A program made the translations under genes and the position numbers. From the NCBI RefSeq assembly GCF_009914755.1, contig NC_060926.1: a stretch of DNA of 64,000 nucleotides; one strand, written 5' to 3'. Source of the DNA: the human T2T-CHM13v2.0 reference genome, Homo sapiens. This document shows, piece after piece, positions 30,992-52,244 of this stretch (position 1 is the first letter of the stretch; every line of letters begins with the position of its first letter). Under the pieces are notes generated by a model. It saw nothing but the letters and a program-made list of their open reading frames with translations. It made no database searches and was not told where the DNA came from.

Positions 30992-33610
30992 GGCCAGCCC
31001 GTGTGCGGTGGGCGGAGGGGGCTGGCCCCCGAGGCTGGGCTGCGGACGGAGGGGGAGGGCGCAGGACTTCCCCACCCGGCTCCAGGACCCGCGCCGGCGC
31101 CCAGGCTCCCTGCCCGCACTTCGGAGAGCGCGGCACCTTAAAGGGACCGAGGCGCTTCCCCCGCGCTCGCGGCGGGGTCCCGGGGAGGGGGCTTCTCGGA
31201 AACTCGCCTACCCGAGCGGATTGGGAGAAGCGCTCTCCCACCTAGCAAGCGCTTTACATCAGAGCTTCCAGAGGATGAAGGGAGGGGGAAATCTGGGATG
31301 GGGGTGGCAAGATTAAAATAGTCTGCACAGTTTAAAATGAGACAAAGGTGGCACGGTTCATGAATCAGGACTTGGGGACGGAAGCTGGTGCAGTGTGGCG
31401 GGAATGGGAAGAACCGAGCGGGTGTGTGTGTGTGTGTTTGCTGCACTGGAATTTTAAAAGGGCAAGAGCAGAGCCACCTTCCGCGACTTCACTCATCAGC
31501 CTAATGTGTAAGGCATGGGGTTTTGTGGCTTGCTTTTCGTCCGTGTTTTTGTATTGCTTTGGCAATTCTGTCCTTAGAGCTGCGAGTCACACACATCCAG
31601 GCAGCTGTGAGAAACCCAGCCAGCCTGAGTCTGACGGGAGATGCTGCCCCGCCAAAGACCAGTATGTCCTACGGAGTTTTGAAGGTCATGTTAGACCTGC
31701 TAAGAAGCAAGAGTTGGTCACTGTGCCTCCCATTTCTATGCGAATGGATATTTTCAAGGGGGAGAAACTCATCCTTGCAACCATACACAACGTTTGCCAT
31801 TGGTTTCCTCCTGTAAATACATACAAGAGATTAATTTGTGATCAAATTAAAAGAGAGGGATTGCGGAAAGGAAGAATAAGTGCGAGGTATTGACAGAGGA
31901 ATAAGAAGAGGGAAGAAAAGTATATGCAAATTCAAAAATAAAGAGATTCCGTTTAAATTAAAATATACTTACTATCTCAAATCGCTAAATCAGCTTGCAT
32001 TCTAGGACTTTATGTTTATGGACACAACTACCATGCTTGTTTTAATAATTGCTTGGCTTTATTGAGGTCCTGGTTATATCTTACCATCCACCAGACACTT
32101 CCTTTCCATTCCTAATCCCTTCACTTAATCCAAACCTCTGTAACAATCTTATAACTAATGTCCTTGCCTCCAGGCTTCCTGGTGCATGTGCACGTATGCA
32201 CATGCACACATACACACGCAGAGATTTCATTCCATCTACACACTACAGGCAAAACCATTTTCCTAAAATATCTTGCCCAAGTCACTCTTCTCTAAGATAA
32301 AGTCCAAACTCCATGGTCCAACAACTCAGCCTCTCCTGCATTTCTGATCACTCTCCATCTCATTTCTCCATCTTGATCTCTCTATACAAACCTTCCAGCA
32401 AGCAGGCAGGTCTAGTCATCAATACCCAAGTATTCCAAATACAATCACATTTGAGCTCTTCTGCTTTGGAATGCCTCCTTGGAATATGCCCTCCCAACAA
32501 CCTACACACCCGGCTGAATCCTACCTTTCTTCTAAATGGGACTCAGCTCACGCTTCCTCCACAGAAATCCTATCTGACTACTCCAGTCCCACATAATTCT
32601 TGTGCTTCTGAAAAACTGGAGCATGTATTCTCTGGGCACTTAGAATAGGCTGCCTTAGCTTATTAGTTTGTTAGTTCTGTTTTTGTGAAAATCTCCTAAT
32701 TTTCAGAATTTTTAGCGGTTTATCTTCTATTCCTATACCTTCCATATAGTAGATACTCCATGAATTTATGGGGAATGGAGGTTTAACCATGCAGGACTCC
32801 CTACTTTAGTTACTGTCAACCCAATCCGTATTTAGTTCTGAGCCATTTTCATAGTTGATACGTGTGTGCATATTAAATTACTATGTGAGCACTGGACTTT
32901 GAATTGTGTGGTTTTCCACTGTCCACATTCTCACTGACTTTAAGTTATTGAAACAGAACCCACAGAGGCATAACAACATGAGAAGCCCTGTACACCCAGC
33001 TCAAAGCAAAACTGGTGAAAATTATATGTTTTATATATAAGCAACCATTTAAATTTCTAAAAATGGTCCTAAAGGTGCACAACAAATGAAGGAACATTTA
33101 TTCAAGAAAACCTACTGAAACCCAGTAAGAAAAGTGAGCTTGAGGTATTTGAACCAAGACCTACTCACTCTTTTCATGCTTCCAACTCAGAGAGGGCTCC
33201 ACGCTATACTGGTGCAGCCAAGAACACAGGGCTCCCTCACCCTTCAGCTCCCAGTTGGAGGGTCAGCTTCCTAGGAGGGACAAAACATCAGCATTTGTCA
33301 TCCTCCCCGCAGCTACCTGTTGTTGAGACTAAGTTCTAAGCAAGTATGGCAGAGGTGGGGGCTCCCTTCTTCTGCCCAGTTGTACCTGGAGGCTGTACCT
33401 TGGCCACAGCAGCACTGAGTGTACTTGGGCCTTGATCACCTTTGCTTCTGGCTCATCGAGAAAGAAGTCAGGAAACGTGGGACTGCTTTGAGTGCTTCTG
33501 CCAGAAACATTCAGCATCTAACATGGTGATGTCACTCAGAGAGAGGTGCATCATTGTCCCTACCTCTGACACCAGAGTGGAAAAAATGATGTTGAACCCT
33601 GACCTTACAT

Positions 33611-34071
33611 CAAGGATCCCCAACCCCCAGGCCACAGACTAGTACCAGTCTGTGGCCTGTTAGGAACTGGGCCACACAGCAGGGAGTGAGCGGTGGGGCA
33701 AGTGAGCATTATGGCCTGAGCTCCGCCTCCTGTCAGATCAGGGGTGGCATTACATTCTCATAGGAGTGCAAACTCTATTGTGAACTGCACATGCACGGGA
33801 TCTAGGTTGTGGGCTTCTTATGAGAATCTAATGCCTGATTATCTGTCACTATCTCCCCTCACCCCCAGATGAGACCATCTAGTTACAGGAAAACAAGCTC
33901 AAGTCTCCCACTGATTCTACATTATGGTGAGTATGTAATAATAATAGAAATAAAGTGCACAATAAATGTAATGTGCTTGAATCATCCCCAAACCATCCTC
34001 CATCCCCGTCCCATAGAAAATTGATCTTCCATGAAACCAATCCCTAGTGCCAAAAAGGCTGGGGATTGCTG
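33611..34071 (+). mobile_element. MER1A (hAT-Charlie DNA transposon)
   Basis: MER1 consensus motifs; perfect 8-bp TSD CCTTACAT at 33603-33610 and 34072-34079. Confidence 0.9.
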
Positions 34072-34192
34072 CCTTACATCATATACAAAAATTAACTCAA
34101 AATTAATCAAAGACTTAAAAGAGTTAAAAATATAAAACTATTAGAAGATAAGGGTAAATCTTCATGACCTTAGATTTGGCAATAAATTCTTA

Positions 34193-34580
<388 letters not shown>

Positions 34581-34942
34581 TAATTGTATACTTTGAGTGG
34601 GTGAATTGTATGGTATGTGAATTATATGTCAATAAAGTTATTATTTTTTTAATCTTCAGATCTTACAGAAAAATTAACTCAAAATGGATTACAGACCTAA
34701 GTGTAAATGCAAAACTACGAAACCTCTAGGGGAAAACAGAAGACAAAATCTCCATGAGTCTGAGTTTGGTGTTGAGATTTTACACCACCACCAAAAGCAT
34801 GATGCAAGAAAATAAAAATTGATATTCTGGGTTTAATTAAAATTAAAAATTTCTGCTCTGTGAAAAACTCTGTTAAGATAATAAGAAGACAAAGAACTTG
34901 TAAACAAAATATACAAATAACTCTTAAAACTCAACTATAATA

Positions 34943-35249
<307 letters not shown>

Positions 35250-35286
35250 CTATAATAAACAATTCAAATAAAAAATGGACAAAAGT

Positions 35287-35589
35287 AGCAGGGGGTTGTG
35301 GCTCATGCCTGTAACCCCAGCACTTTGGGAGGCTGAGGAGAGAATTGCCCAAGAAGCCGGGAGATGAAGACCATTCTGAGCAACAAAGCAGGACTACATC
35401 TCTACAAAAAAAAAAAAAAATTAGCCATGCGCAGTGGGTGGCATGCGCCTGTAATCCTAGCTATTTGAGAGGCTGAGGTGGGAGGATCCCTTGAGCCCAG
35501 GAGTTTGAGGCTGCTGGGAGCCATCATCTCACTACTCTACTCCAGCCTGAGACACAGGAGACCCATCTCTAAAATTTGAAAAAAAAAAT
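35287..35589 (+). mobile_element. AluJ
   Basis: Diverged Alu. Confidence 0.8.
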
Positions 35590-36815
35590 GTATTTAAATG
35601 AACAAAATATTTTAATGGATACTTTACCAAAGAAGACACATAGATAGCAAATAGGCACATGACAAGATGTTCAACATCATTTACTTTAGGGGAAATGCAG
35701 ATTAAAACAACAATGCAATGCCACTATACACCTATAAGGATGACTAAACATAAAAATGATAATAGCAATGGCTAGTAAGGATAAGGAGCAATAAGAACTC
35801 TCATTCATTGCTGATGGTAATGCTAAATGGTACAGCCACTTAGGAACATACCTGAGCAGTTTCTTAGCAGTTTCTTAACAAGCTAAACCATCTTATACAA
35901 TCCAGCAATCGAGAACCTAAGTATTTATGCAACTGATCTGAAAATTTGCATCCACACAAAGACCATGCAAATGTTTAATAAGTTTATTCACAATAACCCA
36001 ACACTGGAAGCAACCAAGGTGTCCATTAATGGGTAAATGAATAAACAAAGCATGGTCTAATCATATGATAAAATGATAAAATACTATTCAGCTATCAAGT
36101 CATAAAAAAAAGGGATAAACCTTAAATGCATATTGGTAAATGAAAAAAGCCAGTCTGAGTCTATATACTATTTGGGATTCTAGAAAAGGCAAAGCTATAA
36201 AGACAATAAACAGATCAGTGGTTCTGGAGGGGGTGATGAAGACGGCAGGTTGAATAGGTGGAGCATGGGGGGTTTTTAAGGGTGATGAAACTGTTCTGTA
36301 TGATACTGTAATGATGGATACCTAACATGGATCTGTCAAAACTATAGAACTTCACAGCATAAAGTAAGCCTTAATGTGGGTGAATTAAAAAGAAAATCAT
36401 TGAAGATGTTGAGAGATCAGGATGGAATGCAGAATGTGACAAAAGAATATAACTGTATTACAAATATATTAAACAATGTCACTGAAGAATGTGGAGAAAA
36501 TGGCTGCTGGCCTAAGTAACCCTGGAAATGAGTGGCGCCTGTAAGACTAAAAGGAACTGTGCATAAGCATTGTACTACGGTTGATACATTGTTTCTGAGG
36601 AGTGTGGGTTAACTATTCTGAAATCACTATATGTATACACTGGAACTGAACAATTCATTACATAGATGGCAAATGATGGGGGCCAGGTTTCCCACTGTTG
36701 GAGTGGAAGGTTACATAGAAGCAAGGGGAGGAGACTAAAATGATCCATGTGGTAATGGACTGGAGTCAGAGAATCTGCATGAACTCGAGGGTAACTTAAA
36801 AGATACAGATGGTTA

Positions 36816-37777
<962 letters not shown>

Positions 37778-39252
37778 TTATAGATAGCTGTATATACATG
37801 AGTTAGCATACATATATATATTCTCTTGCTTTCAGCTGAGGGCCTAGAAGCAATGACCCCTTAGTAGCAACAAACACATCTAGTACCAAGACGTTGGTTT
37901 CTAATACTATCCTTTAATAGAAGAAATCAGGGCAACCTTGGACAAATGGCTAATTCTAGGACTGGGGCAGGAAATATACAAGAGGAGTCTGGAGCATCTT
38001 AATAGTGTCAGAAAGTAAGGTAAGTGCTTTAAAAAAGAACCCCAGAATCAAAACCACAATGATGGGTATGTCAAAGGGCAATAGGAGCAAACTGAAAGAG
38101 CTCCTAATGGCCAAAGCTCGAACAATTTGAGTAATAAAAGTAGTATTGAATTAAAACCCAAAGTATAAAAGAAATACCCATGAGTTCATAGTGATAAAAA
38201 TAAATGATCAAACAAATAAATACGTGGGAGAAAAGAGACAAACCTCCCATGTGGAAAATTCCACATAATTTATGTAGAAACTCTACCCTCAAGAAAGAGA
38301 AGAATAACTTCTCACCCTGTAAAGTGTGGGCTGCATATAGTGACTTCCTTCCAAAGAGTATAGCAGGAAAGGGAGGAGTGCAGAAACTCCACAAACGCTG
38401 CCTGAGCCAGGTGATCAAGATCAACATCAACAGCAATGTTGGGGTGATAGTATGTGCCCTTGATAGAATGCGACGAGAATCGCACTTCTGGGGTGAAAAT
38501 CCACAACCTCAGCCTAATCATGAGGAAAATGTCAGACAAATCCCAACTGAGAACATTCTACAAAATATATGACTAGTACTCCTCAAAATTGTCAAGGTCA
38601 TCAAAAACAAGGAAAGTCTGAGAAACTGTCAGAGCCAAAAGGAGCCTAAGGGGATATGACTAAATGTGATGTATACCCTGGATGGGATCCTGGAACAGAA
38701 AAAGGACATTAGGTGAAAGCTACAGAAACCTGAATACAGTATGAAATTTAATTAATAATAATGTATAATACTGGCCCATTAATTATGACAAATTTACCAG
38801 GAGAAGTTGTTAATAATCAAGGAAACTAGGTGTAGAATTCTGTGTACCAACTTAGCGATTGTTTGTGAATAAATCTAAAACTATTCCAAAATAAAAATTT
38901 ATTTTTAAAAATTCTAAAATTTTAGAGCTGGAAGAGAATTTAGTAACTGTTTAGAAGAAACGCCACATTTAGCAAATTAAGAAGCTGAGCTCAAGAGAAC
39001 GAACTGTTCAAGAGCAAGTGGCTGCTATTAGACTCTGCTTCTTTCCTAAAACATTCAATACGGCTGAATCACTTTGTCAGCTACAGATTCTCTCTTCATA
39101 AACTTTATTGTCACTTAATAAATACTTTCGTTAAGTGCTTCCTAAAGTCAAAGTCTTGTCCAAAGAGCCGTTTAAAAAAAAAAATGATTTGCAGAACTCA
39201 CAGAGCTCAGGAATATAAGATGACAATGTGTTTCTTAATTAAAAATTAAATC

Positions 39253-39637
<385 letters not shown>

Positions 39638-39954
39638 TCACAATAGTGGCACATGTGCTTAGTTACATATTATAGATTTGTGTAATTAACCTCTTACATT
39701 TATGTCCAACTAACCATGGCATAAAGTTTCAGAGTTTTCATCTTACAGGTTCTATTTTCTCTTGTTCTAAAGAATTTCTCCAGAATTACCTCTCCCCCTT
39801 CCCCTGTGTTCTGGTCCAAACTGAAAATCTGTTCAAAAGGCACATAAGCCATGTACTTTCAGGATATTAAAGGTTAAGTTTTCAAGAATTGGATTTAAAA
39901 TGTTTACTTTCCTAACCCTAAAAAATTTACATGCTATAAAACCCAGTGAATCCT

Positions 39955-40472
39955 TGGCATGGTGGTGTGTGCCTGTAGTCCCAGCTACTCGAGAGGCTGA
40001 GGTGGGAGGATCTCTTGAACCCAGGTGTTCAAGTCTGCAATGAGCTATGGTTGTGCCACTGCACTCCAGCCTGGGTGACAGAGTGAGACCTGGTCTTTAA
40101 AAAAAACAAAAACAAAAACACAAACATAAAACGAACAACAACAACAAAAAAGTGAAAATGCTATTCTCTTGGTACAATTTGTTGTTGTTGTTATTGTTTA
40201 GACAGAGTCCCACTCTGTCGCCCATGCAAGAGTGCAGTGGTGCAATCACGGCTCGCTGAAGCCTCAATCTCCTGGACTCAAACCATCTTCCCACCTCAGC
40301 CTTCTAAGTAGCTGGGACTACATATGTGCACCACCACACCTAGATAATTTTTAAATTTTTTGTAGAGATAGGTCTCACTGTGTTGCCCAAGCTGGTCTCA
40401 AACTCCTGGCCTCAAGTGATCCTCCTGCCTCAGCCTCCCAAAGGCTGGAGATGTGAGCCACCACAACCAGCC
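39955..40472. mobile_element. Tail-to-tail inverted Alus (plus right arm 39955-40151; minus AluJ 40178-40472)
   Basis: (AAC)n and (GTT)n tails about 26 nt apart. Confidence 0.85.
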
Positions 40473-41379
40473 ATACAACTTTGAAAGGTACAAATGATTC
40501 AGATTGGTAATGGAAATAAAATCCAAAATCTAAGTTGTAAGTATAGTCACTGTGAAGATGAATCATACACATCTTTTAAGTGGTGAACTATATTAAGATG
40601 CTACCTACTAGCTAATTTAAATTTAATTTACATTTTAAAACCTACATTTATTTTACCAGGCATATTTGCCATCTTTGCTATGGTAACAACTCTAAAATCT
40701 CAGTGGATTACACCACCATATAGCCTGTTGCTCTGGTCCACACTGCAGCTCTGTTCCCCTTGTCTTCCATTTCCCAGGTTGAAGAAGCAGCCACAATCTG
40801 GAACATACTGGCTCTGAAGAGACAAGAAGCTAGAGAGCTACAGGAAGTTCATGATGCCTCTTAAGCTTCTGCTTAGATGTAGGCATCTGTTGCATCTGCT
40901 CATATCCCTTTGGCCAATGTATGACATAGACATACAACCAATTCCAAAATCACTGAATGAGGACATAATACTCCAGAAGTCAAGTGCATGGGCAAATACA
41001 AACAGTCCTCTTACAGAAAAATGGGAGAGTAAAAAACTGCAAACAACAATACAATCTTCCACCCGAAGGATAACTTGCTTAAAACAGACAACTATAAAAT
41101 ATAATCACCTCTATCTTTCATCTTCATTCTGCCATTTTGGGTGGTTGTCATAAATTATGCAGTTTTCTATAAAGTTTAAAGGAAGTATTCCTCTAAAGGT
41201 TCAAATTAAGGTACTGAAATATGTGGGTTCCAAATATTAAAATTCTTGTCCTATTTTGCCATGATATAGTTTTCTGTCACATGTCAGAAAGAAATGTTCA
41301 CTGTGCTTCTTCCTCTGCTGCAATCTCTGGACTCAGAATGCAGAAAGGAGCATTATTTGATGAGAACTAGAGACACAAT

Positions 41380-42484
<1,105 letters not shown>

Positions 42485-44207
42485 AAATCTTGATTTCAGC
42501 AATGTTAAAATAGAATGATGATAAGCACAAAGATAAGGTCAAAGAAAACTCAAATTTACTAAATAGCAGGCACCGTGAGGTGCTAAATCCATTTTCATTC
42601 TTTATTCCACAAATGTTTTATGTATCTGTGCTAGGCCCAGGAACTACAACCAGTAAAAGTCTGAAGGCTTTTTTAGACCTAGCGGGGGTAGAAATGCTTT
42701 CAGATACAAATAGCAAAACTGTACCAACCATAGTTTAGACCAATAAGGGTAACAGATGATAGGGGCTTTTCTTCCCTTGTCACATATGAAGAAGTCCAGA
42801 GGAAGACAATCTAGAACGAAATAGTCACTCAAGGATGTCATCAAGGAGCCAGACACCTTCAGTGTTTCTGAGCCATCATAACTTTCTTTCTCATAGTCAC
42901 ATGGTTGCTATATCTCCTGGGATTACACCTGCTTTCTAATCCAGAAGTGGAAAGAGCCTTTTCTTTAAAAGTTTTTTCTTTCATCCTAGGGAGTCCTCCC
43001 CAGGAACTCTGAGCTAAATCTCATTGGCCATAACCATGTTATGTGGCCACCCTTGGCTGCAAGAGTCTGGGAAGGCAAGTACTATTATCTTGCATACTGA
43101 CTTCCTTGCAGTGAAATCTAAGTAAGGGGATGGTTGGAAATGCATGCTGAGTGAGCCAAACTACATTCCAATGCCACAGGGCAACCACTATAACACTATT
43201 ACAAGATACTTCAGAATCACAGCACGGTTTTGGGATCAGTGAAATTTGGGCTGACACTTGAAAGGATAATTTATTAGGTGGACAAAAGTATTCCAGGCAG
43301 AAAAAAAATAACAGGGCCAAACAGGCACAAAAAAAGCCAAATTGTCACCTGTGGTATTTTGGGTTTGGTGGCTAGAGTCTGGAGAGTATGTGAGAGTGAA
43401 GAAGAGGTTAGAAAAGCTGCCAACGGAAGCTCATGAAGACCCGAACATGTGATTCTAGAGTTTAGCCATCATCCAGAATATAACAGAACCCTGGCGAAGG
43501 CTAGAATTGTTTTCTCAGCAATCTTGGTTCTTGGTTCTTGGAGAAACCAGGCTATGTGTGTGGGCTTCAACTTAGAACTACTGTCCTCACAACCAAATTA
43601 GCCTCAAGTAGTCACCTGCTTTTTCCTCACAGCAACTCCTTGAATTTAGCTCTCTTCTGTTCAGAAAACAGTACTCTGAAACCTTTGCCCATTTGCCAGA
43701 TGTTGGACCCATCCTGTGTGACAGAACCACATGGATTCTCAGAAAGAGTCAGTCTGTTTGCATCAAGCTTTGGTCTCATCAGCCATCTGTGACAGAGCTA
43801 ACTGTACTACAATGTACACATTAAATAGATCCATCTACTCTAATGCTCTTCCTTGCATTAGCATTCTCATATCTGAAGGCATTTTATAGCTATATGAGCC
43901 CTCTGCAGCTCCATCCATCTTAGTGAGTTGTGGGAAAGGGAGCTGAAAGATTCTGACAACCTTAATAAAGAAATTATTTCTAGTTAACAGTCACATTAGT
44001 ACAGTGAGGACACATTCTTAGCATCAAATACAGCCTCGGTTGTAATTCCCGCTTTGTCGCCGCATGGGACCATGTGAAAGCTATTTAACTTCTTCACCTA
44101 CTTTTCTACCTACAGGAACTATGAGAATTCAAAGGTAATGTATATGAAAGTGGTTTGAAAATCAAAGAGTAATGTCTGATGTTATGCAACTAGTTAGTGC
44201 ATGGTGA

Positions 44208-44538
<331 letters not shown>

Positions 44539-45489
44539 GGAAATGCAAATTCTTAGCATCCCCAGTGTACAATAATTATGTTATTGAATAAATTAATGAA
44601 TGCTAATAAAACTTTAACTTTTCCATCTGTTTCAAAATAGAGAGACAGGGGCAGTTTGAAGCTTTTATCTCCCTCTTCACTTCCAGGGCTTTCTCTGTGT
44701 CTCCCAAGAAAGTGTTTAAAACAAAAAGTCCCGGTTATATGAGGTCAGATGTAAATACGTTATTTCTAGCCTCCACTGACTAAAAACTATGGTATGGTAT
44801 GCTTTTATTAGAGAATCTTAACAAGAGTTTATTTGGTCATGGAATTGCCACAACCAATGCAACTTCAAATTTATTTACCAGTCACACAAAATAGTAACAC
44901 CATGGTGTAAACACATTTCAACAGGTCTGTCCCTGTGGCAGATTACTATCAACAATTGTTTCACTCTACATTTCCCCAATCATCATCTCCTTTGCCCTCT
45001 CTATATACAGGACGGACAGCAAAATTCTCACCTTCCCAAAGGCATGTGCAGCTAAGTGTCCTTTCATACAGTTCTGACTAATAACATGTAGATGAAAATC
45101 TCTGGAGACGGTTTCCCAGGACAGAAGTATGATGAAGATTATTTTTGGCTAGGGCACAAAGTCTAAGTCTCTTTTTTCTATTTAGACAATGCACTTTTCA
45201 CCATACAGTACATGTCTGAAGTTGCTTGGAGAAAAAATCTATGTGACAGTTAAGAACTATCTCTACACTGACACCTAACATATCTGTTCCTAGACATCAT
45301 GGAAAGCTATGTCCTAACAAGATAGCATTGTCTCCCCTTTAGGTATATGATAGAAGTAATCAGATTAGGACGAAGCTGTCCTCTCTTAGAAGTGCAAATT
45401 ATACAGCTATGGGTTTGATGCATCACAGCTGGAGAACCTAGGTCCTAGAATTGACCACCACTAGGGTATGTTATAGCAGTGTCAAAAAG

Positions 45490-47340
<1,851 letters not shown>

Positions 47341-47397
47341 AGAAGTAGTCAGCTCCTGAGACCAAAATGTAATCAGTATGTCACTGACTTAGTGTAA

Positions 47398-47574
<177 letters not shown>

Positions 47575-48019
47575 TAAATGGTATAAAGCTAAGAACAAAA
47601 CCAAACCTCCATTCTTGAGTAGCTTTTGAGGGGGAATATCCTCCAGTTTTTTTTGTTTCTTCTTCATCTCTGTTTGGCTTTGAACATTTCTCCTGTCATT
47701 CAATAACTACTGCTCAAGATGAGCAGAGGAGTAGATAAAAATGCAAATCAGTTATAATCTTGCTAACTGTAAACACCTCTGGCATAATGAAATCAATTAT
47801 TGAAATGTAGATGTGCTATTTAAAAATCAAGAAATAGGATTATGGGATTAATAGAGGTCTTAGTTTCATCTATCCATGCAATATCCTTATAGTTTAGCAA
47901 AGATAAAAAGACTGTCACTGGACTACAGACATCTTTCTCAGAATTCCTCCGTCAATTTTAAGCAATCTTATCAAAGTCTTGAGTACTTGGTACTCAGATT
48001 TCACTGTACACTCTTACCC

Positions 48020-49060
<1,041 letters not shown>

Positions 49061-49158
49061 AAGCAACATAATGCCTCTTTTGACACAGTAAGATTTTAAA
49101 AAAAAGACTCTCAAACTTTAATTCAGCTTGATAAAATTAGAATTCTTCTTCTGGGGAA

Positions 49159-49428
49159 TTTTCTTTTTGAGACAGGATCTCATTCTGTCAGGCCGGAGTG
49201 CAGTGGCGTGATCACACCTCACTGCAGCCTCAAGCAATACTCCCACCTCAGCCTACTGACTAGCTGGGACTACAGGTGCACTACCACACCTGGCTAAGTT
49301 TTAAAATTTTTGTAGAGATAGGGTCTTGCCATGTTGCCAGGTTGGTCTCAAACTCCTAGCCTCAAGCAATACTCCTATCTCAGGCTCCCAAAGTGCTGGG
49401 ATTATAGGCATGAGCCACTGTATCTGGC
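49159..49428 (-). mobile_element. AluJ (sense in the STAM2 long 3'UTR)
   Basis: Diverged Alu. Confidence 0.85.
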
Positions 49429-50401
49429 CTCTGGGGAAAACTTTTAGAAATATACTTTTAATTTTTGAAAGAAAATTAAACCAAACAAAAATCAAATCCC
49501 TAAAACTGAGTATTCCCATTTACTAACTGGCTAAAACTGATGATGAAAGAAGAAAAAGTACCTTCCGATAGAAATAAAGCATTATAGATCAGTGCTATTT
49601 ATAATTTATTACTTATCAAAGTAACTCCAGCTTTCTTATAGCAATTCAATAAGCCCTCTCCTAGAACTCAGGGGCTTTTAAATTTATGTTTTTACTAAGA
49701 AAACCTTTTTTAAAAAAATCCCTAAGCTATATGTTTTTAAAACATTTAAAATTGATTTTTTAAATTTTGAAAGTGAAATTATAACCATCTTCAAAACATA
49801 CAGTAAAATGTATTACGTAGACAAGTATCAATTATTTCAAACAGCATGACAATTTAACTACAAATAATTTCAAATCCTAACAAATATAATTACCTAATGT
49901 TTAAGTAATTTTATAAATAAATTACCAAATTAGAAGACAGTATTGGTTGACTACATTTTACAAACTATAAGAATATATCCCACACTTCATATATTTTAAC
50001 ACCCTGGGGTATTTTTCTGCATTAATAAAATTCATTCTATTATAAATTTTCAGGAATTCTTTCTGATGTACCAAGATTTCATATGAAAAAGCAGAAGCTA
50101 TTTTTTTATTTCTGATATAAAACAGTAAGTATGAACCCAATGTAGAAATCTGAAGTTAGACAATTCCCTTTGGCAGAAAACAATTATAAACAGGTCTTAA
50201 TATAAATAGAATCCATAAGCCCATAAAAAGGGAAGTACACAACCCTGTGTTTCTTAACACCGAAAGAATCATCAGTACACAGATTTAAAATCATTTTTAT
50301 CTCTCGACAGCCTGCAACACAAAATTACATATGGCAAAAAATAATTTTTAACTTGAGAAAGAAAAAAACTTCTGCACATATAAACTTTCACCGATGTGCC
50401 A

Positions 50402-50406
50402 ATATA

Positions 50407-50438
<32 letters not shown>
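50402..50438. repeat. (TA)n microsatellite in the STAM2 3'UTR
   Basis: Direct reading. Confidence 0.95.
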
Positions 50439-50442
<4 letters not shown>

Positions 50443-52150
50443 CATGTTTTATTATTCTAAAACTACATTATTTATAATGGCTGATCCCAATTTAGTGGGT
50501 GTGCAGTAATTATATTGGCTCAAAGACATGCTGAATTAAACTTTTATAATTGAGATCACAATTATACATGAAATACACAAACATTAAAATAAGTTTATTA
50601 AATAGAGTTTGGGAGAAAAAAAGTAAGAAATTCCATATATATGCAAATGTTGACTATTATCGAGAGCAGCTTTGGATTTTTTTAAATGTTTTTTAAAAAT
50701 TATTATTTTGTAAATAACAGAAGATTTGTTTCCAAAAAGTAAGGTGCCATTCAGAAGTATATAATTGAATTAACATAAAGGAAAATACTGAATAAAAAAC
50801 AGAACATGAGATATTAAAGGTTAAAACTTTCTGTTCAGTTATTTGTATCTGAAGTTAAGACAATGACATAAACTGAGCTTTCAAATACTGCTAATTTTTC
50901 CACTTAAATGTAGATCAAGTACCATATAGACTATTTTGTTCTAGAATAAAGTTTCTTTGAAAAAGGAACATATTTATAATCAAATTTCTGTAGATAAATG
51001 GCAAAATTTTCAGAGAACTAGCTTGAAATGGATTTAGTAGAAAGAATGACTGCTTCCTTTAAAAAAACAAATATAGAAATCTTGCTTCCACGTAACTTTT
51101 TAAAAACTAATGTCCATTGTTTTTCCCAATCTGAATATGTTTCCATACATGTATGTATTTGCAATTTCTATTTTCCAATATGTAAAAAGTTGGTAGACAA
51201 TGAAGTAGTGTGCAAATTTTTAGGAGAGAAAACAATCCCTACTGGTTTACTACCAAACTCTCACAGTTATATAGAATCTATTAGCACTATAAACTAACTC
51301 AAAATGCAGGCTTCAGAAAAACTGCTTCAATAGCCTCCCTATCAATCTGTCGCCTTCTATGAAGTCTTCACCTGCTATTATTCCACAGGCTGAGAATTAC
51401 TTCTGAAAGAAATGGTCAATTTTTTCAACAGCTTGGTATGTTGACAGCTTAGCAACGGTACTTGAATCACCTCTTTAAAAAAACAACACACCACTAAAAA
51501 CACACTTATCATCCATGCTTGGTATATCTCACAACAAATTATTAGGAATGTCTCATGGTTCAAATTCACACGCAATCCCATAAAAAGGATATGCAGCATC
51601 TCTGCACACCACATTGCAGGAAGAAAAACAAATGGACCATATCTTCATTAGAGAATAGCCAAAATCACTTGAAAAGGTTATTAGTGACAATTCTAAATAC
51701 CAGAGATACATGTAGGAAAGAAAATGTTTTTCCTCAGGGAATGGAAATGTTTTGTGGGACATTCCTTCACAGTTGGCATGACTGTTTGGGGGACTGACTA
51801 AATGCTTTATCACACATCTGCATTTACAAGGTCTTCACTGTTAATCACAGAAAACATTTTTGTTCCTTCCAGATTGCTCTTGCTTCTGTAGACAATTATA
51901 TGCTAATTATTATTCAACATAACAGTGAGAGCAAAAGTGACAATACTGCAAACACAACCGCAATTTAAGGAGCCAAAAAGAAATATGCTGGCAAGCTAAA
52001 TGCTTACACACAAAAAAGTTAGACTTTTAAAGTGTGTGAGAAACTCTGAAAAAAATATTTCAAGTTCTTCAGTGCTCTTATGACATTTTAGGGGGAAACA
52101 GTGGTTTCTTTAAAATAATATTTTAATCCTCCTATCTCATACTGTTTATA

Positions 52151-52244
52151 AGTATGAGATACTTATGACAAACTCACTCTGTCGATCATGCTACTGCACT
52201 CCAGCCTGGGTGACAGAGCGAGTTTGTCATAAGTATCTCATACT
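52151..52244. repeat. 33-bp inverted repeat with a 28-nt Alu-derived loop
   Basis: 52151-52183 is the reverse complement of 52212-52244 with one mismatch. Confidence 0.95.

Noticed and set aside
31076-31102. Possible REST/RE1 site (CCAGGACC...GCGCC)
   Set aside because: Only a left half-site; the GGACAG right half is missing
51028-51813. 78-89 aa ORFs in the STAM2 3'UTR
   Set aside because: No recognisable homology or splice context; within chance expectation
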